64,000 nucleotides of DNA from a bacterium (GTDB lineage Bacteria > Patescibacteriota > Minisyncoccia > UBA6257 > HR35). Under the pieces are notes generated by a model. That model saw nothing but the letters and a program-made list of their open reading frames with translations, ran no database searches and was not told where the DNA came from. The stretch covers positions 6,489-70,488 of the forward strand of contig JBEQAR010000003.1 of the NCBI GenBank assembly GCA_041640295.1, read 5' to 3'. The position numbers and the translations under genes are program-made. This document shows positions 38,895-48,992 of this stretch, piece by piece (positions within the stretch are counted from its first letter, which is position 1; each line of letters begins with the position of its first letter).

Positions 38895-39158
38895 ATGGAA
38901 AAAAACAAAAATGTACTAACAATAGTTGTCGTTTTAGTAGTTTTAATTGTTGTTGGTGTTTTAGCTTGGTGGTATACTAAACAAAGAGGATCAGTAACAG
39001 CACCCACAGGTCCTGCTCCAACAGAAAATGTTGAACCAACTCCAGCTGTTCCAGAAGTACCACCAGTACCTACGCAACCTGAAGTTCCAGCAACACCACC
39101 TGCTGGAGAATCAACAGAAACACCAACAGGTAACGTACCAAATCCTACAGGCGAATAA
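38895..39158 (+). CDS. Small membrane-anchored Pro/Thr/Glu-rich protein
   Basis: N-terminal TM helix then PTGPAPTENVEPTPAVPEVPP; followed by a strong terminator. Confidence 0.7.
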   Translation: MEKNKNVLTIVVVLVVLIVVGVLAWWYTKQRGSVTAPTGPAPTENVEPTPAVPEVPPVPTQPEVPATPPAGESTETPTGNVPNPTGE

Positions 39159-39178
39159 TTTTTATTATTATTTTATTT

Positions 39179-39218
39179 AAATTGAAAAGCCTCCCGATAG
39201 CGGGAGGCTTTTCAATTT
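39179..39218. terminator. Bidirectional intrinsic terminator
   Basis: Perfect 18-bp inverted repeat AAATTGAAAAGCCTCCCG-atag-CGGGAGGCTTTTCAATTT between convergent units. Confidence 0.88.
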
Positions 39219-39230
39219 TATTTTAATATT

Positions 39231-39302
39231 TGGCCCCAAGGGGAATCGAACCCCTATTTCCACCTTGAAAGAGTGGTGTCCTAGCCGTTAGACGATGGGG
39301 CC
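39231..39302 (-). tRNA. tRNA-Glu (TTC)
   Basis: GGCCCCA/TGGGGCC acceptor, CCACT-CTTTCAA-GGTGG anticodon arm. Confidence 0.95.
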
Positions 39303-39320
39303 ATTTGATTAAAAATTAAT

Positions 39321-39392
39321 AGGCACGGGTGGGATTCGAACCCACGTTTAACGGTTTTGCAGACCGTTTCCTAACCTCTCGGACACCGTGCC
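39321..39392 (-). tRNA. tRNA-Cys (GCA)
   Basis: GGCACGG/CCGTGCC acceptor, ACGGT-CTGCAAA-ACCGT, U discriminator. Confidence 0.95.
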
Positions 39393-39710
39393 TTATTTTA
39401 AAATTTTATCAATATTTTGCATAAATCTCAACCCCGGATCATATCTAAAAAAAATTTTTTTAGGAATATATTTTAAGATTTTTAACTTATTAATAGCTTT
39501 TTTAATTTTAATAGTTTCTTTTCTTAAAAGATTAATAACTTCATCTTTTTTTTCATCAGGAAAAATACTTAAATAAATAAACATATCTCCCTTTTTTGTA
39601 GGCAAATTAATATCTAAAACAGAAAAAATTATCTTGGGATCATCAATAACATCTCTCAGTACTAAAGATAAGTTTTTAATAACTTCTTTCTTTTTTCTAT
39701 CTTGTTTCAT
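39393..39710 (-). CDS. rbfA: Ribosome-binding factor A
   Basis: Follows infB; DDPK, LKYIPKKIFFRYD (RxxPxLxFxxD-like). Confidence 0.8.
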   Translation of the reverse strand: MKQDRKKKEVIKNLSLVLRDVIDDPKIIFSVLDINLPTKKGDMFIYLSIFPDEKKDEVINLLRKETIKIKKAINKLKILKYIPKKIFFRYDPGLRFMQNIDKILK

Positions 39711-39714
39711 TAAT

Positions 39715-41157
39715 TTAAGTGATTAAATTATCACCTAAAACAATATCAGTATTAGTATTAATGATTAAACCGCACATTTCTTTTTCTTTAACTTCATTGA
39801 CTGGAATTTTATTTCGTTCTAAACTAATTATTTTACCTTTACCAATTATTACTCCGTTTCTAACAATTAACACTCGGTCATTTAACTTAAATTTTCCTGA
39901 AATCACCTGACCTCCGACTGTTTTTTTATTTGGTGTCTTATTAAAAACTCCTAAAATTTCTAATTCACCTCGGTATTCTTTCTTTTCTTTTCTAATTTCT
40001 ATAATATCTTTCAATTTATCTTCAATTTCATAAATAACATTAGCTTCAACCAAAACAAGATTAAGGTTTTTAATATCATCGTAAATATTTTTAGTTAATT
40101 TAAGATTAAAGGCAATCAAAATGCTATCAGTTTGCTTAGCTAATCTTAAATCTTCAGTAGTAATTGGACCAATATCTTCCTTAACTATTTTAATTTTCAA
40201 ACTATGTTCTTGAGATAATCTTTCTAAAAGATATTCAATGGCTTCTATTGAACCCCACAAATCAGCTTTAAGAATTAAATTGATTTCTAAATTGTAGTTT
40301 TGAGAACTAAAAACAACTTGATTCTTAAAATTAATTTCTTTAACTCTTAATTCTTTTTTTAAATTCTCTAAATTTTCTTTATCAACCAATTTGAAAATTT
40401 CACCTGGTTGAGGTAAAGAATCAAACCCATTAATCAAAATAGGCATTGCTGGGTAAGCTTGATTAATTCTTCTGCCAAAAGCATCTTCTAAAAACTTTAT
40501 TTTCCCTGAAGCTGTAGCTGTAGTTAGATAACTACCTACTGTTACTGTACCATTAGTTACTATTCCACCAACTAAAATACCCTTTTTAACATCTTTAGTT
40601 ATTTCAAGAATATAACCCTCACCTTTAGCATTTTCGTCATGGGTTAATTCTAAAATTTCAGCTAATAATAAAATCATATCTAATAACTCATCAATACCGA
40701 TATTTTTAATAGCAGAAATATTTACCGAAGGAATTTGACCGCCCCAATCTTCCACCAAAACACCCAATTCAGATAATTGTTGTTTAATTTTGTCTGGATT
40801 ACTATTTGGTTTATCAATTTTATTAATAGCAACAATAAATGGTAAATTAAACTTTTTAATATAATCCAAACACTCGATAGTTTGTGGTTTGATTCCCTCA
40901 TCAGCAGCAATAATTAGAATAGCGATATCAGCTATTTGAGCACCCTTTTCTCTTAATTTAAAGAAAGCAGAATGGCCAGGAGTATCAATAAAGGTAATTT
41001 TTTCGTTTTTGTAGTTAATTTCATAAGCACTCACTTTTTGAGTGATTCCTCCAGCTTCTTTATCAACAATTTTAGTATTTTGAATAGTATCTAGCAAAGT
41101 TGATTTTCCATGATCAATATGGCCTAAGATAACTACAATGGGTGGTCTTTTTTTCAT
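39715..41157 (-). CDS. infB: Translation initiation factor IF-2, short form
   Basis: RPPIVVILGHIDHGKS, GGITQ, DTPGH, NKID; true start at 41157 because the upstream extension is tRNA sequence. Confidence 0.95.
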   Translation of the reverse strand: MKKRPPIVVILGHIDHGKSTLLDTIQNTKIVDKEAGGITQKVSAYEINYKNEKITFIDTPGHSAFFKLREKGAQIADIAILIIAADEGIKPQTIECLDYIKKFNLPFIVAINKIDKPNSNPDKIKQQLSELGVLVEDWGGQIPSVNISAIKNIGIDELLDMILLLAEILELTHDENAKGEGYILEITKDVKKGILVGGIVTNGTVTVGSYLTTATASGKIKFLEDAFGRRINQAYPAMPILINGFDSLPQPGEIFKLVDKENLENLKKELRVKEINFKNQVVFSSQNYNLEINLILKADLWGSIEAIEYLLERLSQEHSLKIKIVKEDIGPITTEDLRLAKQTDSILIAFNLKLTKNIYDDIKNLNLVLVEANVIYEIEDKLKDIIEIRKEKKEYRGELEILGVFNKTPNKKTVGGQVISGKFKLNDRVLIVRNGVIIGKGKIISLERNKIPVNEVKEKEMCGLIINTNTDIVLGDNLIT

Positions 41158-41166
41158 AATTAAAAA

Positions 41167-41252
41167 TGGGCAGGGAGGGATTCGAACCCTCACGCTTTTT
41201 TCAAGCACTGGGTCCTAAGCCCAGCGCGTCTACCAAATTCCGCCACCTGCCC
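41167..41252 (-). tRNA. tRNA-Leu (TAG)
   Basis: GGGCAGG/CCTGCCC acceptor, CTGGG-CTTAGGA-CCCAG, long variable arm. Confidence 0.96.
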
Positions 41253-41362
41253 TTATTTAAATTATCTTAATTATCTTAATGAATATAAAAATAATAAAAA
41301 ACTAAGTGGGTTAAAATTTAATTACTTTATCAAAATTATAACACAGAAAAGATTTTAAAATC

Positions 41363-42736
41363 TTAAAGTTTTGAATTTTTTTTGGTTTTCTTATTATTAA
41401 TTGTTAGTTTTTCAATCGAGGATAATACTGCTTCTTTTTCATCCCAAGGTATTGATTCTCCATCTTTAATAATAGATTTCTCCGCTCCTTTTCCTATTAA
41501 AACAACAATATCGCCTCGTTGAGCTTTTTGAATTAATGTCTCTATCGCTTGCTTACGATCGCTAATAATTTGATAAGGTTTTGAAAAATCATATTCTGAT
41601 AGATAATTTTTTACCCCATGTTCAATTTCTCTCATTATTTTTAAAGGATCTTCGTCATAAGGATCTTCATCAGAAATAACAATTTCTGAACAATATTTAG
41701 CAGCTACTCTACCAATTTCTGGTCTTTTCCATTTATCTCTCAATCCTCCAGCCGAACTCACTAAACATAACAATCTTTTAGGTTTAAAAATTTCTAAAAT
41801 ATTTTTATAAAGTTCTTGGATTGATTCCGGAGTATGAGCATAATCAATAATTATTTTAAAGTTTTTGTAGGTAATGATTTCAAAATGTCCTGGTAAATTA
41901 TCTATTTGAGGCAAAATATCTTTTACTAATTTAATAGAAATATCTAAACTTTTTAAAACTGATAAGGAAGCTAAAATATTATAAAGATTTTGTCTACCTA
42001 ATAATTTAGTGGAATATTGAAAAGATTTACCTTCATTTTCTTCGTTTAGATTAAAATAACTTCCTTTGCTGGTTAATTTATATTTAACTATTTGCAGATG
42101 ATCAGAGGTATTAATACCTTTTTCAAAACCAAAAGTAATTTTCCTTTCGGCTGGAAAAGAGAGAAAATATTCCGACTCATAATCATCAAAATTAGCTATA
42201 ATAGTTTTTTTAATAACCTTTCCCCGGAAAATTTTTCTTTCTCCCTTCAATAAATTTTCAAAAAGTTTACCTTTTGCTCTTTTATAGTTATCAAAGCTAC
42301 CATGATGTTCAATATGTTCGGGATGAATATTTAAAAATACAACAATATCAAAATCAATAAATTTGTGTCTGTTTTGCATTAATCCTTCAGAGGTGGCTTC
42401 AATAACAGCAACTTCGCATTGAGCATCTAATGATTTTTTAAGAAATTCTTGCAAATACCACCTTCCAGGCATAGTTATTCTTGATTTATTTTCTATTTCT
42501 TCATCTCCAAAATAAAAATACTGACTTGAAGAAAGAGAAGTTTTTATTCCTAAATTATTTAAAAGTTTATAAATTAAATAGCAGGTAGTTGTTTTACCTT
42601 TGGTACCGGTAACTCCAATAACAATAATTTTTTTTGAAGGAAATCTAAAAAATACAGCAGAAAAGAATGAATAAAGATAATGATAAAAATTTATTAAAAA
42701 TTTAGGTATTTTTTTGCGAATTTTATTTTTTAACAT
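41363..42736 (-). CDS. murE: UDP-N-acetylmuramyl-tripeptide synthetase (MurE-like ligase)
   Basis: GVTGTKGKTTT, EATSEG, HPEHIEHHG, DYAHTP, GKG. Confidence 0.85.
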   Translation of the reverse strand: MLKNKIRKKIPKFLINFYHYLYSFFSAVFFRFPSKKIIVIGVTGTKGKTTTCYLIYKLLNNLGIKTSLSSSQYFYFGDEEIENKSRITMPGRWYLQEFLKKSLDAQCEVAVIEATSEGLMQNRHKFIDFDIVVFLNIHPEHIEHHGSFDNYKRAKGKLFENLLKGERKIFRGKVIKKTIIANFDDYESEYFLSFPAERKITFGFEKGINTSDHLQIVKYKLTSKGSYFNLNEENEGKSFQYSTKLLGRQNLYNILASLSVLKSLDISIKLVKDILPQIDNLPGHFEIITYKNFKIIIDYAHTPESIQELYKNILEIFKPKRLLCLVSSAGGLRDKWKRPEIGRVAAKYCSEIVISDEDPYDEDPLKIMREIEHGVKNYLSEYDFSKPYQIISDRKQAIETLIQKAQRGDIVVLIGKGAEKSIIKDGESIPWDEKEAVLSSIEKLTINNKKTKKNSKL

Positions 42737-42816
42737 ACCTATCAATAATTTTTTCTATTATTTTATTAATTTCTTCTTCAGTTTTTAATTCTCTTCTCAT
42801 TAAACTTTTCATCACT

Positions 42817-43737
42817 CTAATATGTTTTTTTAAATGCCTCGGTAATTTTTTCTTGAATTTTTGTTCTAATTTGTTCATATTGTCCGATGCCATCTTTAGG
42901 TATTAAACCATTAATATAAAAAAAATTCTCATCATCAACCTTAATTTCAAAATAATCGCTTAACCATAAATTTGTATTAAAATCCAAAATAATATCTATA
43001 AATTGCGATTTTTTTAACTTATCAGCTAAATTAAAAATTTCTCTATAATTCAAATTAGTTTCAATATTTCTTTTTGACTGAAGAATTAAATTGGTTAATT
43101 TTAAATATTCGTTAAAAGAAATATTCTTTAATCTCTCTTTGAGAGATTTAATAATTATAAACTGATTTTCCATTCTTGTAAAATCTCCTTGAGGGTAGTA
43201 ACGAGAACGTAAAACAAATTCAATCCATTCACTGTTCAACTTTCTTTTGCCTGCCGGCAAAGTATAGCCAGTAAGAGCATCAGTAACTGGATACTTAAGA
43301 TCAACCTCTAAACCACCTAAGATATCAACAATTTTTTTTATTATATGAATATCAAAAACTACATATTTTTGGACATTAAAACCAGTTAGATTAGAAACTT
43401 CTGCCAACAACTCTCTTTTTTTCCCTAAAGCATATAAAGAATTTATTTTATACAGATTATTATCAACCCTAACTATCAAATCTCTAGGAATGTGAATAAT
43501 ATAAGCTTTGTTTCGCTTCAAATAAACAACAAAGATTGAATCAGTATTTTCTCCTCCTTGATAACCATAGCCCATTTTTCCTAAAAATAAATAAGTTTCC
43601 GGTTTTTCTAACACAAAAAGTTGGGGTAATTCTTTTCTAATAAATTCAATTTTTTTAGTTAAAGTAATATTATTTAATAAAATAGCTAAAACGATAATCA
43701 ACAAACAAAAAAAGATTAAATAAACAATATTTTTCAT
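42817..43737 (-). CDS. LCP (LytR-CpsA-Psr) family protein
   Basis: TDSI, IPRDL, KINS, VDILGG, RSR...GDFTRMENQ. Confidence 0.9.
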   Translation of the reverse strand: MKNIVYLIFFCLLIIVLAILLNNITLTKKIEFIRKELPQLFVLEKPETYLFLGKMGYGYQGGENTDSIFVVYLKRNKAYIIHIPRDLIVRVDNNLYKINSLYALGKKRELLAEVSNLTGFNVQKYVVFDIHIIKKIVDILGGLEVDLKYPVTDALTGYTLPAGKRKLNSEWIEFVLRSRYYPQGDFTRMENQFIIIKSLKERLKNISFNEYLKLTNLILQSKRNIETNLNYREIFNLADKLKKSQFIDIILDFNTNLWLSDYFEIKVDDENFFYINGLIPKDGIGQYEQIRTKIQEKITEAFKKTY

Positions 43738-45929
43738 TTTAAGTTAAAAATGAATTCCCCGTTATGATAATCAACATCAATTTCTTTCACATTATGATAT
43801 TCATTTATTTTATTTAAAATTTTTTCATAAATAATTTTATTAAAATAAGATGGAGAATAGCTAATTAAATAATTTTTAACTGAAGAAGAAAGATTGATTT
43901 GACAATTATGTTTTTTTATTAAGTCTAGATTAATTTCCTGAATCAATATTTCTAAAATTTTTTCTTTTTCGGAAAGATTAAGAGATTTAAAAACAATTAT
44001 ATCAGAGAAGGCTTTAACGATTTCTAAACCATAAATATTTATTAACTTATCCTTAATACTTTTCTTGATATCAATTAAAGTTTTACCTTTTTCTATTTCT
44101 TGATTAATAAAATCAGCGAAAAGATGAGAAATAGCAATAATAAGACAGTAATTTAATTCAATAATTTCTCCAGCAGCATTTTTAAAGTAACCATCGTTTA
44201 ATATTGAAATAAAAATTTCTAAAACTTCTTTACTAGCTTCTTCAAAATTATCTAATAATATTAAAGAATAAGGATTGTTTTTAATTTCCGTAGTTAATTT
44301 GCCAGTATTGTTTATTGTCTCTTCGCCAATTAATGATTGGATATCTTTAATCTTACTTAAATCAAAATAAATAATCTTATTATTAAAGTAAATATTAGCT
44401 AAAATTTGAGCTAATCTTTTTTTACCTACTCCACTAGGACCAATAAAAATAAAACTAATGAGTTTTTTAACCGATTTAAGAACTTCAACAACATTTTTAA
44501 CAGCAAACTCTTGATTAACAAATTTTTGATAAATAATCTCTTCTAAATTATCAAAAAAGTATTTTTCTAAGAAAATAAAATTCGAAAAGCCTGTTAGTTT
44601 ACCAAAAACATCACCAACTATTTCTTCGGTAATAACTTTTAAATTATTTTTTTGACAAAAATTGACAATTTCTGTAACTAATTTTCGTGCATCTGATATG
44701 TTATTAAAATGATTTTTTGATAATAGGGCAATTTTTGTTAAAGCCTTTGGTTGAATAATAATTTTATTATTAAGTTCCAAAGCTAAAATTGTTAGTAAAT
44801 CTTTTTCAGAAAAATTACTAATAGTGATAATCTTAAAAAATGTTTTCAATTGAGGAATTTTATCAAGTTTCTTCGGTGTTAAAGAAAGAAAAAGCTTAAT
44901 TGGTGTTTGTTTAAGAAACTTTTCAAAAATATACCAATAATTTTTAAGCAAAAACAATGGCGGGTCGGGTATAAAAACAATAACTTGATCATCATCGCTT
45001 GCTTCTGTTAATAAAGAAATTAATTTATTTTCAAAATTTTCTCGTTCTTTATTGTAAATCTCTTCTAAATCTAAAAAGTTTATTTTTTTATTCAAATAAC
45101 TCTCAGGAGTAATTCCTTGGTCAATTAACCAAATCAATCGTTTAATTAAAGTTCTTTTCCCTACACTTACTGATCCCACTAAGATTAATCGCCAATTTTC
45201 ATTATTTAAAATCTGATTTAGTTCATCTTCATGCCCAATAAAAATATTTTGATTAAAAAATTGATTCTTATAAATTAATAAAAAGGCTGAATAAACATCG
45301 AGGAAGGTAATTTTTAATTTGAATAATAAATTCTCAACTAATGGGGTATTTTTTTCTAAAATAGAAAGTAATAAACCGACTGGCGTTATTTTTTCAAAAT
45401 GAAATGTTACTGAAAATTTATAACTTTGGATAAACAAAGATTGTAAATTTTTATAAATTAAATAATGCTCATCAATTTTTAAATCTAATTTTTTACCGCT
45501 TTCAATATTTGTTAATAAATTATTAATTTCTTTTTTAATAGTTTGTGGTTTGATTTCTAATAAATCGAAAATTTTAATTATTTCTTTAAAATTTAAAAGT
45601 TGATTAACAATTGAGATATCAAGTTGATCGATATTCTTTGATTCAATAACAGCATTTAAAATTGCTAACTTTAATTGATTATCTAAATAATCTTCTAAAT
45701 TTTGACTTTTCTGTAATTTTAAATTTTTTATCGGTAGGTGTTTAAAAATGATTAAGTCAAGCAAAAAAATAGTAAATATCCAAAAACCAATTAAATTTAA
45801 ATACTTTTGTTCAGAAAAAAATAATCCTAAACTAAAAAATATTATTAAGTAATATAAACTAATTGAAATTATTTTAAATAATCGTCTTTGATAATTTTTT
45901 AAGCTTAAACTAAGTAAAAAATTATTCAT
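43734..45929 (-). CDS. Degenerate ClpA/ClpB-like AAA+ protein with N-terminal TM helices
   Basis: Two AAA modules: GSVSVGKRT and GPSGVGKKRLA; NPYSLILLDNFEEA. Confidence 0.75.
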   Translation of the reverse strand: MNNFLLSLSLKNYQRRLFKIISISLYYLIIFFSLGLFFSEQKYLNLIGFWIFTIFLLDLIIFKHLPIKNLKLQKSQNLEDYLDNQLKLAILNAVIESKNIDQLDISIVNQLLNFKEIIKIFDLLEIKPQTIKKEINNLLTNIESGKKLDLKIDEHYLIYKNLQSLFIQSYKFSVTFHFEKITPVGLLLSILEKNTPLVENLLFKLKITFLDVYSAFLLIYKNQFFNQNIFIGHEDELNQILNNENWRLILVGSVSVGKRTLIKRLIWLIDQGITPESYLNKKINFLDLEEIYNKERENFENKLISLLTEASDDDQVIVFIPDPPLFLLKNYWYIFEKFLKQTPIKLFLSLTPKKLDKIPQLKTFFKIITISNFSEKDLLTILALELNNKIIIQPKALTKIALLSKNHFNNISDARKLVTEIVNFCQKNNLKVITEEIVGDVFGKLTGFSNFIFLEKYFFDNLEEIIYQKFVNQEFAVKNVVEVLKSVKKLISFIFIGPSGVGKKRLAQILANIYFNNKIIYFDLSKIKDIQSLIGEETINNTGKLTTEIKNNPYSLILLDNFEEASKEVLEIFISILNDGYFKNAAGEIIELNYCLIIAISHLFADFINQEIEKGKTLIDIKKSIKDKLINIYGLEIVKAFSDIIVFKSLNLSEKEKILEILIQEINLDLIKKHNCQINLSSSVKNYLISYSPSYFNKIIYEKILNKINEYHNVKEIDVDYHNGEFIFNLK

Positions 45930-46206
45930 TGAAAAAAATTATCCAACTAATTAAAAATGGTAATAACAACCAAAATATAATCATTATTAAAACGACAAGA
46001 AAAATCAAATTATACCAAATAAACCCTAACAAAAAATTAAGTAAATTAAAGGGAAATTTTTTATTAAGCAGATAATTTTTTTCAATAAATTGTTTGTTCT
46101 TATTTAAAACAGAAATAAAAAAAATAATAGCTTCGAAAAAATAAAATTTTAAGAATTTATAAAAAGGCTGACAAATTTCAATAACTAAAGAATAAATTAA
46201 TTTCAT
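45922..46206 (-). CDS. Small hypothetical membrane protein
   Basis: Hydrophobic 94-aa ORF overlapping the start of the Clp-like gene. Confidence 0.55.
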   Translation of the reverse strand: MKLIYSLVIEICQPFYKFLKFYFFEAIIFFISVLNKNKQFIEKNYLLNKKFPFNLLNFLLGFIWYNLIFLVVLIMIIFWLLLPFLISWIIFFNE

Positions 46207-46231
46207 TTTATAAAATTATATTTTCTTATTT

Positions 46232-47500
46232 TTAAAATAGAGTCTTGGGTGGTTCTTTGATTTCTTTTTTATGAAAATTACTATAATCAAAAATTCTTAT
46301 TTTACCATATTCACCATCATAGCCTGGTTCAATAATTAACTGACCGTTATCTATTTTTTCTAAAGCTTGATAAACTTCTGGATATTTTATTTTCATTTTA
46401 TTTTTATCAAAATTACCTACTAAAATTTCAATTTCCGGACCAAATTCTTGAACAATTTCCAAATAATTATCTAAAACTTTTTTACTCGTTGGATTGGTGT
46501 GGTAAATTTCAGCTAAGATTTCGCTTAAAGGAACTGTTTTTTTAAATGGGGGCCGATTATGATCAACATAATTAACATCTCTTTGAGCTAAACTTTCAAC
46601 TCTATTCATAACTCCCACAGTGATTTTTCTTTGACAAATAGGACAAAGATAATTATTTTTTTTAGATTCATCAGGAGAAAACCTAATTTTGCATAATCTA
46701 TGACCATCGTAATGATATTTACCTTCTTCGGGAAAAAATTCAATAGTCATCACAATTTTATTTTGATTATCTGGAGCTTTTAAGGCTTGATATAAATTTT
46801 GATAAGTTAAATTCTCTAATTCAAAAATAGTTGCCTCTCGTCCGATACGGTGAGGATAAGGAGAATGAGCGTCAGAAAAAGAAACAATAGAAATATTATC
46901 TAATTCTGAAATCCGCCAGTTCATTTGTGGATCTGAAGATAAGCCTGTTTCAACCGCTGAAAGATATTTTGTATTCTCATCAAAAGCTTCATAAATAGAA
47001 TCGAAACCAGACATTGAACCATATAAAGAAAACCACGGGGTCCAGATATGCGCTGGAATAAAAATTACTCGCTCATTAATTTCTAAAGAAATTTTTAAAA
47101 CATCGTTAGCATCTAAACCTAATATTGGTCGACCATCACTGCTTAAATTAGTTAAATGAGAAATTTTTTTATTAAATCTAAATACCGAATCGAAGTCAGG
47201 AAAAATAACCAAATAATGAATTCGCCTTACTTTTTTATTTTTACTATAAATAGAACTTAACTCGCAACTTAAGATAAAATAAACATTATCATCGTTATTT
47301 TTTAGTTTATAAATTCCATCACTAAATTCAACTAATTTTTCCTTCAATTCGTTTAACCACAAAGGATGAGTATAATCGCCAGTAGCAATCAAGTTTAAGC
47401 CTTTTAATTTTCCCCAATAATTCAAATTTTCTAAATTTAAATTTTTTGAACAACCGCGAGAATATTTTGAATGAAGATGTAAATCAGCTGTGATTTTCAT
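46232..47500 (-). CDS. Endonuclease Q family PHP-domain protein
   Basis: DLHLHSKYS, TGDYTHP, PAHIWTPW, SDAHS, GKYHYDGHR, CPIC, PGYDGEYG. Confidence 0.88.
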   Translation of the reverse strand: MKITADLHLHSKYSRGCSKNLNLENLNYWGKLKGLNLIATGDYTHPLWLNELKEKLVEFSDGIYKLKNNDDNVYFILSCELSSIYSKNKKVRRIHYLVIFPDFDSVFRFNKKISHLTNLSSDGRPILGLDANDVLKISLEINERVIFIPAHIWTPWFSLYGSMSGFDSIYEAFDENTKYLSAVETGLSSDPQMNWRISELDNISIVSFSDAHSPYPHRIGREATIFELENLTYQNLYQALKAPDNQNKIVMTIEFFPEEGKYHYDGHRLCKIRFSPDESKKNNYLCPICQRKITVGVMNRVESLAQRDVNYVDHNRPPFKKTVPLSEILAEIYHTNPTSKKVLDNYLEIVQEFGPEIEILVGNFDKNKMKIKYPEVYQALEKIDNGQLIIEPGYDGEYGKIRIFDYSNFHKKEIKEPPKTLF

Positions 47501-47523
47501 TTAATTTTTGCTTATCTTCTTAT

Positions 47524-47997
47524 TTATAAGAGATGGTCGGCAATTTTGCTCGCAGCATAAGATTCAGGTTTAATTTTTACTTCAAAACCATAACTTTTAA
47601 TGAGATTAATAATTTCTTTAATAACACTTTTACTTTTTCCATTAGTTCCTAAATCTAAATGAACTTCAAAATCAAATTTAAGTCTTTCGCTAATCAAAAG
47701 CTTAAAAAGCTTTTCGCTAATATTTAAACTTAAAATTGCTTCTTGCCACAGACGAGAATAAAGATCATAATTTTTCAGAGAAAAACTTCTTCGCCAAAAA
47801 TATTTAGCTCCCTGTCCAACTCGATGAATAACAATCACAGAAATAAATTCAACACCTTTGATTCTATTTTCTGAATCAGTACCAACAAAAAGCTTATAAT
47901 TATATTGAGGTTTTTCTAAAATAAAATTTTTGATAATTCGAACAACTTCTTGCGAGGAGACTCTTTGGCCATAAGCTGTTCGAAATTCATTTATCAT
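47524..47997 (-). CDS. Ribonuclease H-like YkuK (DUF458) protein
   Basis: VGTDS, IHRVGQGA, EVHLDLG, KPESYAASKIAD. Confidence 0.88.
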   Translation of the reverse strand: MINEFRTAYGQRVSSQEVVRIIKNFILEKPQYNYKLFVGTDSENRIKGVEFISVIVIHRVGQGAKYFWRRSFSLKNYDLYSRLWQEAILSLNISEKLFKLLISERLKFDFEVHLDLGTNGKSKSVIKEIINLIKSYGFEVKIKPESYAASKIADHLL

Positions 47998-48000
47998 AAG

Positions 48001-48969
48001 TTAAGTTTTTAATTTATCTATTTTAAAAAATTCGTAATAAATTTCAACTAAGATAACCGAGAATGGTAAAACTGTTAAAATACCCAAAATTCCTCCAAGT
48101 TTAGCACCAATTAAAATGGCTGATAAAGTAATGATTGGTCGAATTTCGAATACTTTGCGAGCAATTAATGGAATTATTAAATTATTTTCTATTTGTTGAA
48201 TTAAAATAAAACCACCGATTACCCAAAAAATTTTATCTGGATCATTGGCTAAGGTAATAAAAATGGCAAAGCTTGCTGAAATAATAGGACCTAAAATAGG
48301 AATAATTTCTGTCAAACCAGCAATAAAAGCAATTAAACCCGCATAAGGAATTTTTAAAACAAACATTAAAATATACACCAAAACAGCGATAATAATCATT
48401 AAAAATATTTGAGCAGAAAGCCAAAAAGCAAATTTTCTTTTTATTCTGATATATAAATTAAGATAAGGTTTTTGGTTTTCGCTTAAAAAAAACTTAAAAA
48501 TATCAGTAATAAAATTGGGTTGAGTAGCAACACAAAAAGAAAGAATGATAATTAAAATAAAATTAAAAATACCTCCCAACAGATTAAAAAAATAAGAAGA
48601 AAAATTGAATAATGTTTCAGGGGTATTTTTTAAAAATCCAGAAAAATAAACAGATAAATTTTTAATACCATAACTTTCTAAAATATCTTGAATTTGTGGA
48701 TAAACACTTTTAATTTCTTTAATGATGATTGGCAGAAGAACATAAATTGAAAAAATTAATATAAAAACAAAAATTAGATATATCAAAATAATATTAATAA
48801 AAAAAGGGATTTTCAAATATCTTTTTATAGCAATTGACCATTCCTGAATAGCAATACCTAAAACAAAAGAAAAAAATAAAATAAAAAAAATATCTCTTAA
48901 GTACCAAAGCAAAATTATAAATGTTGGCACTAACCAAAAATAAATATTTTTCAAAATTTCTTGCTGCAT
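48001..48969 (-). CDS. AI-2E family transporter
   Basis: IIPILGP, QQIENNLIIP, GGILG. Confidence 0.88.
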   Translation of the reverse strand: MQQEILKNIYFWLVPTFIILLWYLRDIFFILFFSFVLGIAIQEWSIAIKRYLKIPFFINIILIYLIFVFILIFSIYVLLPIIIKEIKSVYPQIQDILESYGIKNLSVYFSGFLKNTPETLFNFSSYFFNLLGGIFNFILIIILSFCVATQPNFITDIFKFFLSENQKPYLNLYIRIKRKFAFWLSAQIFLMIIIAVLVYILMFVLKIPYAGLIAFIAGLTEIIPILGPIISASFAIFITLANDPDKIFWVIGGFILIQQIENNLIIPLIARKVFEIRPIITLSAILIGAKLGGILGILTVLPFSVILVEIYYEFFKIDKLKT

Positions 48970-48992
48970 TTTTATAATTATAAACCTAAAAA

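Noticed and set aside
41158-41208. N-terminal extension of IF2 in the ORF track
   Set aside because: It is translated tRNA-Leu sequence; the real start is the ATG at 41157.
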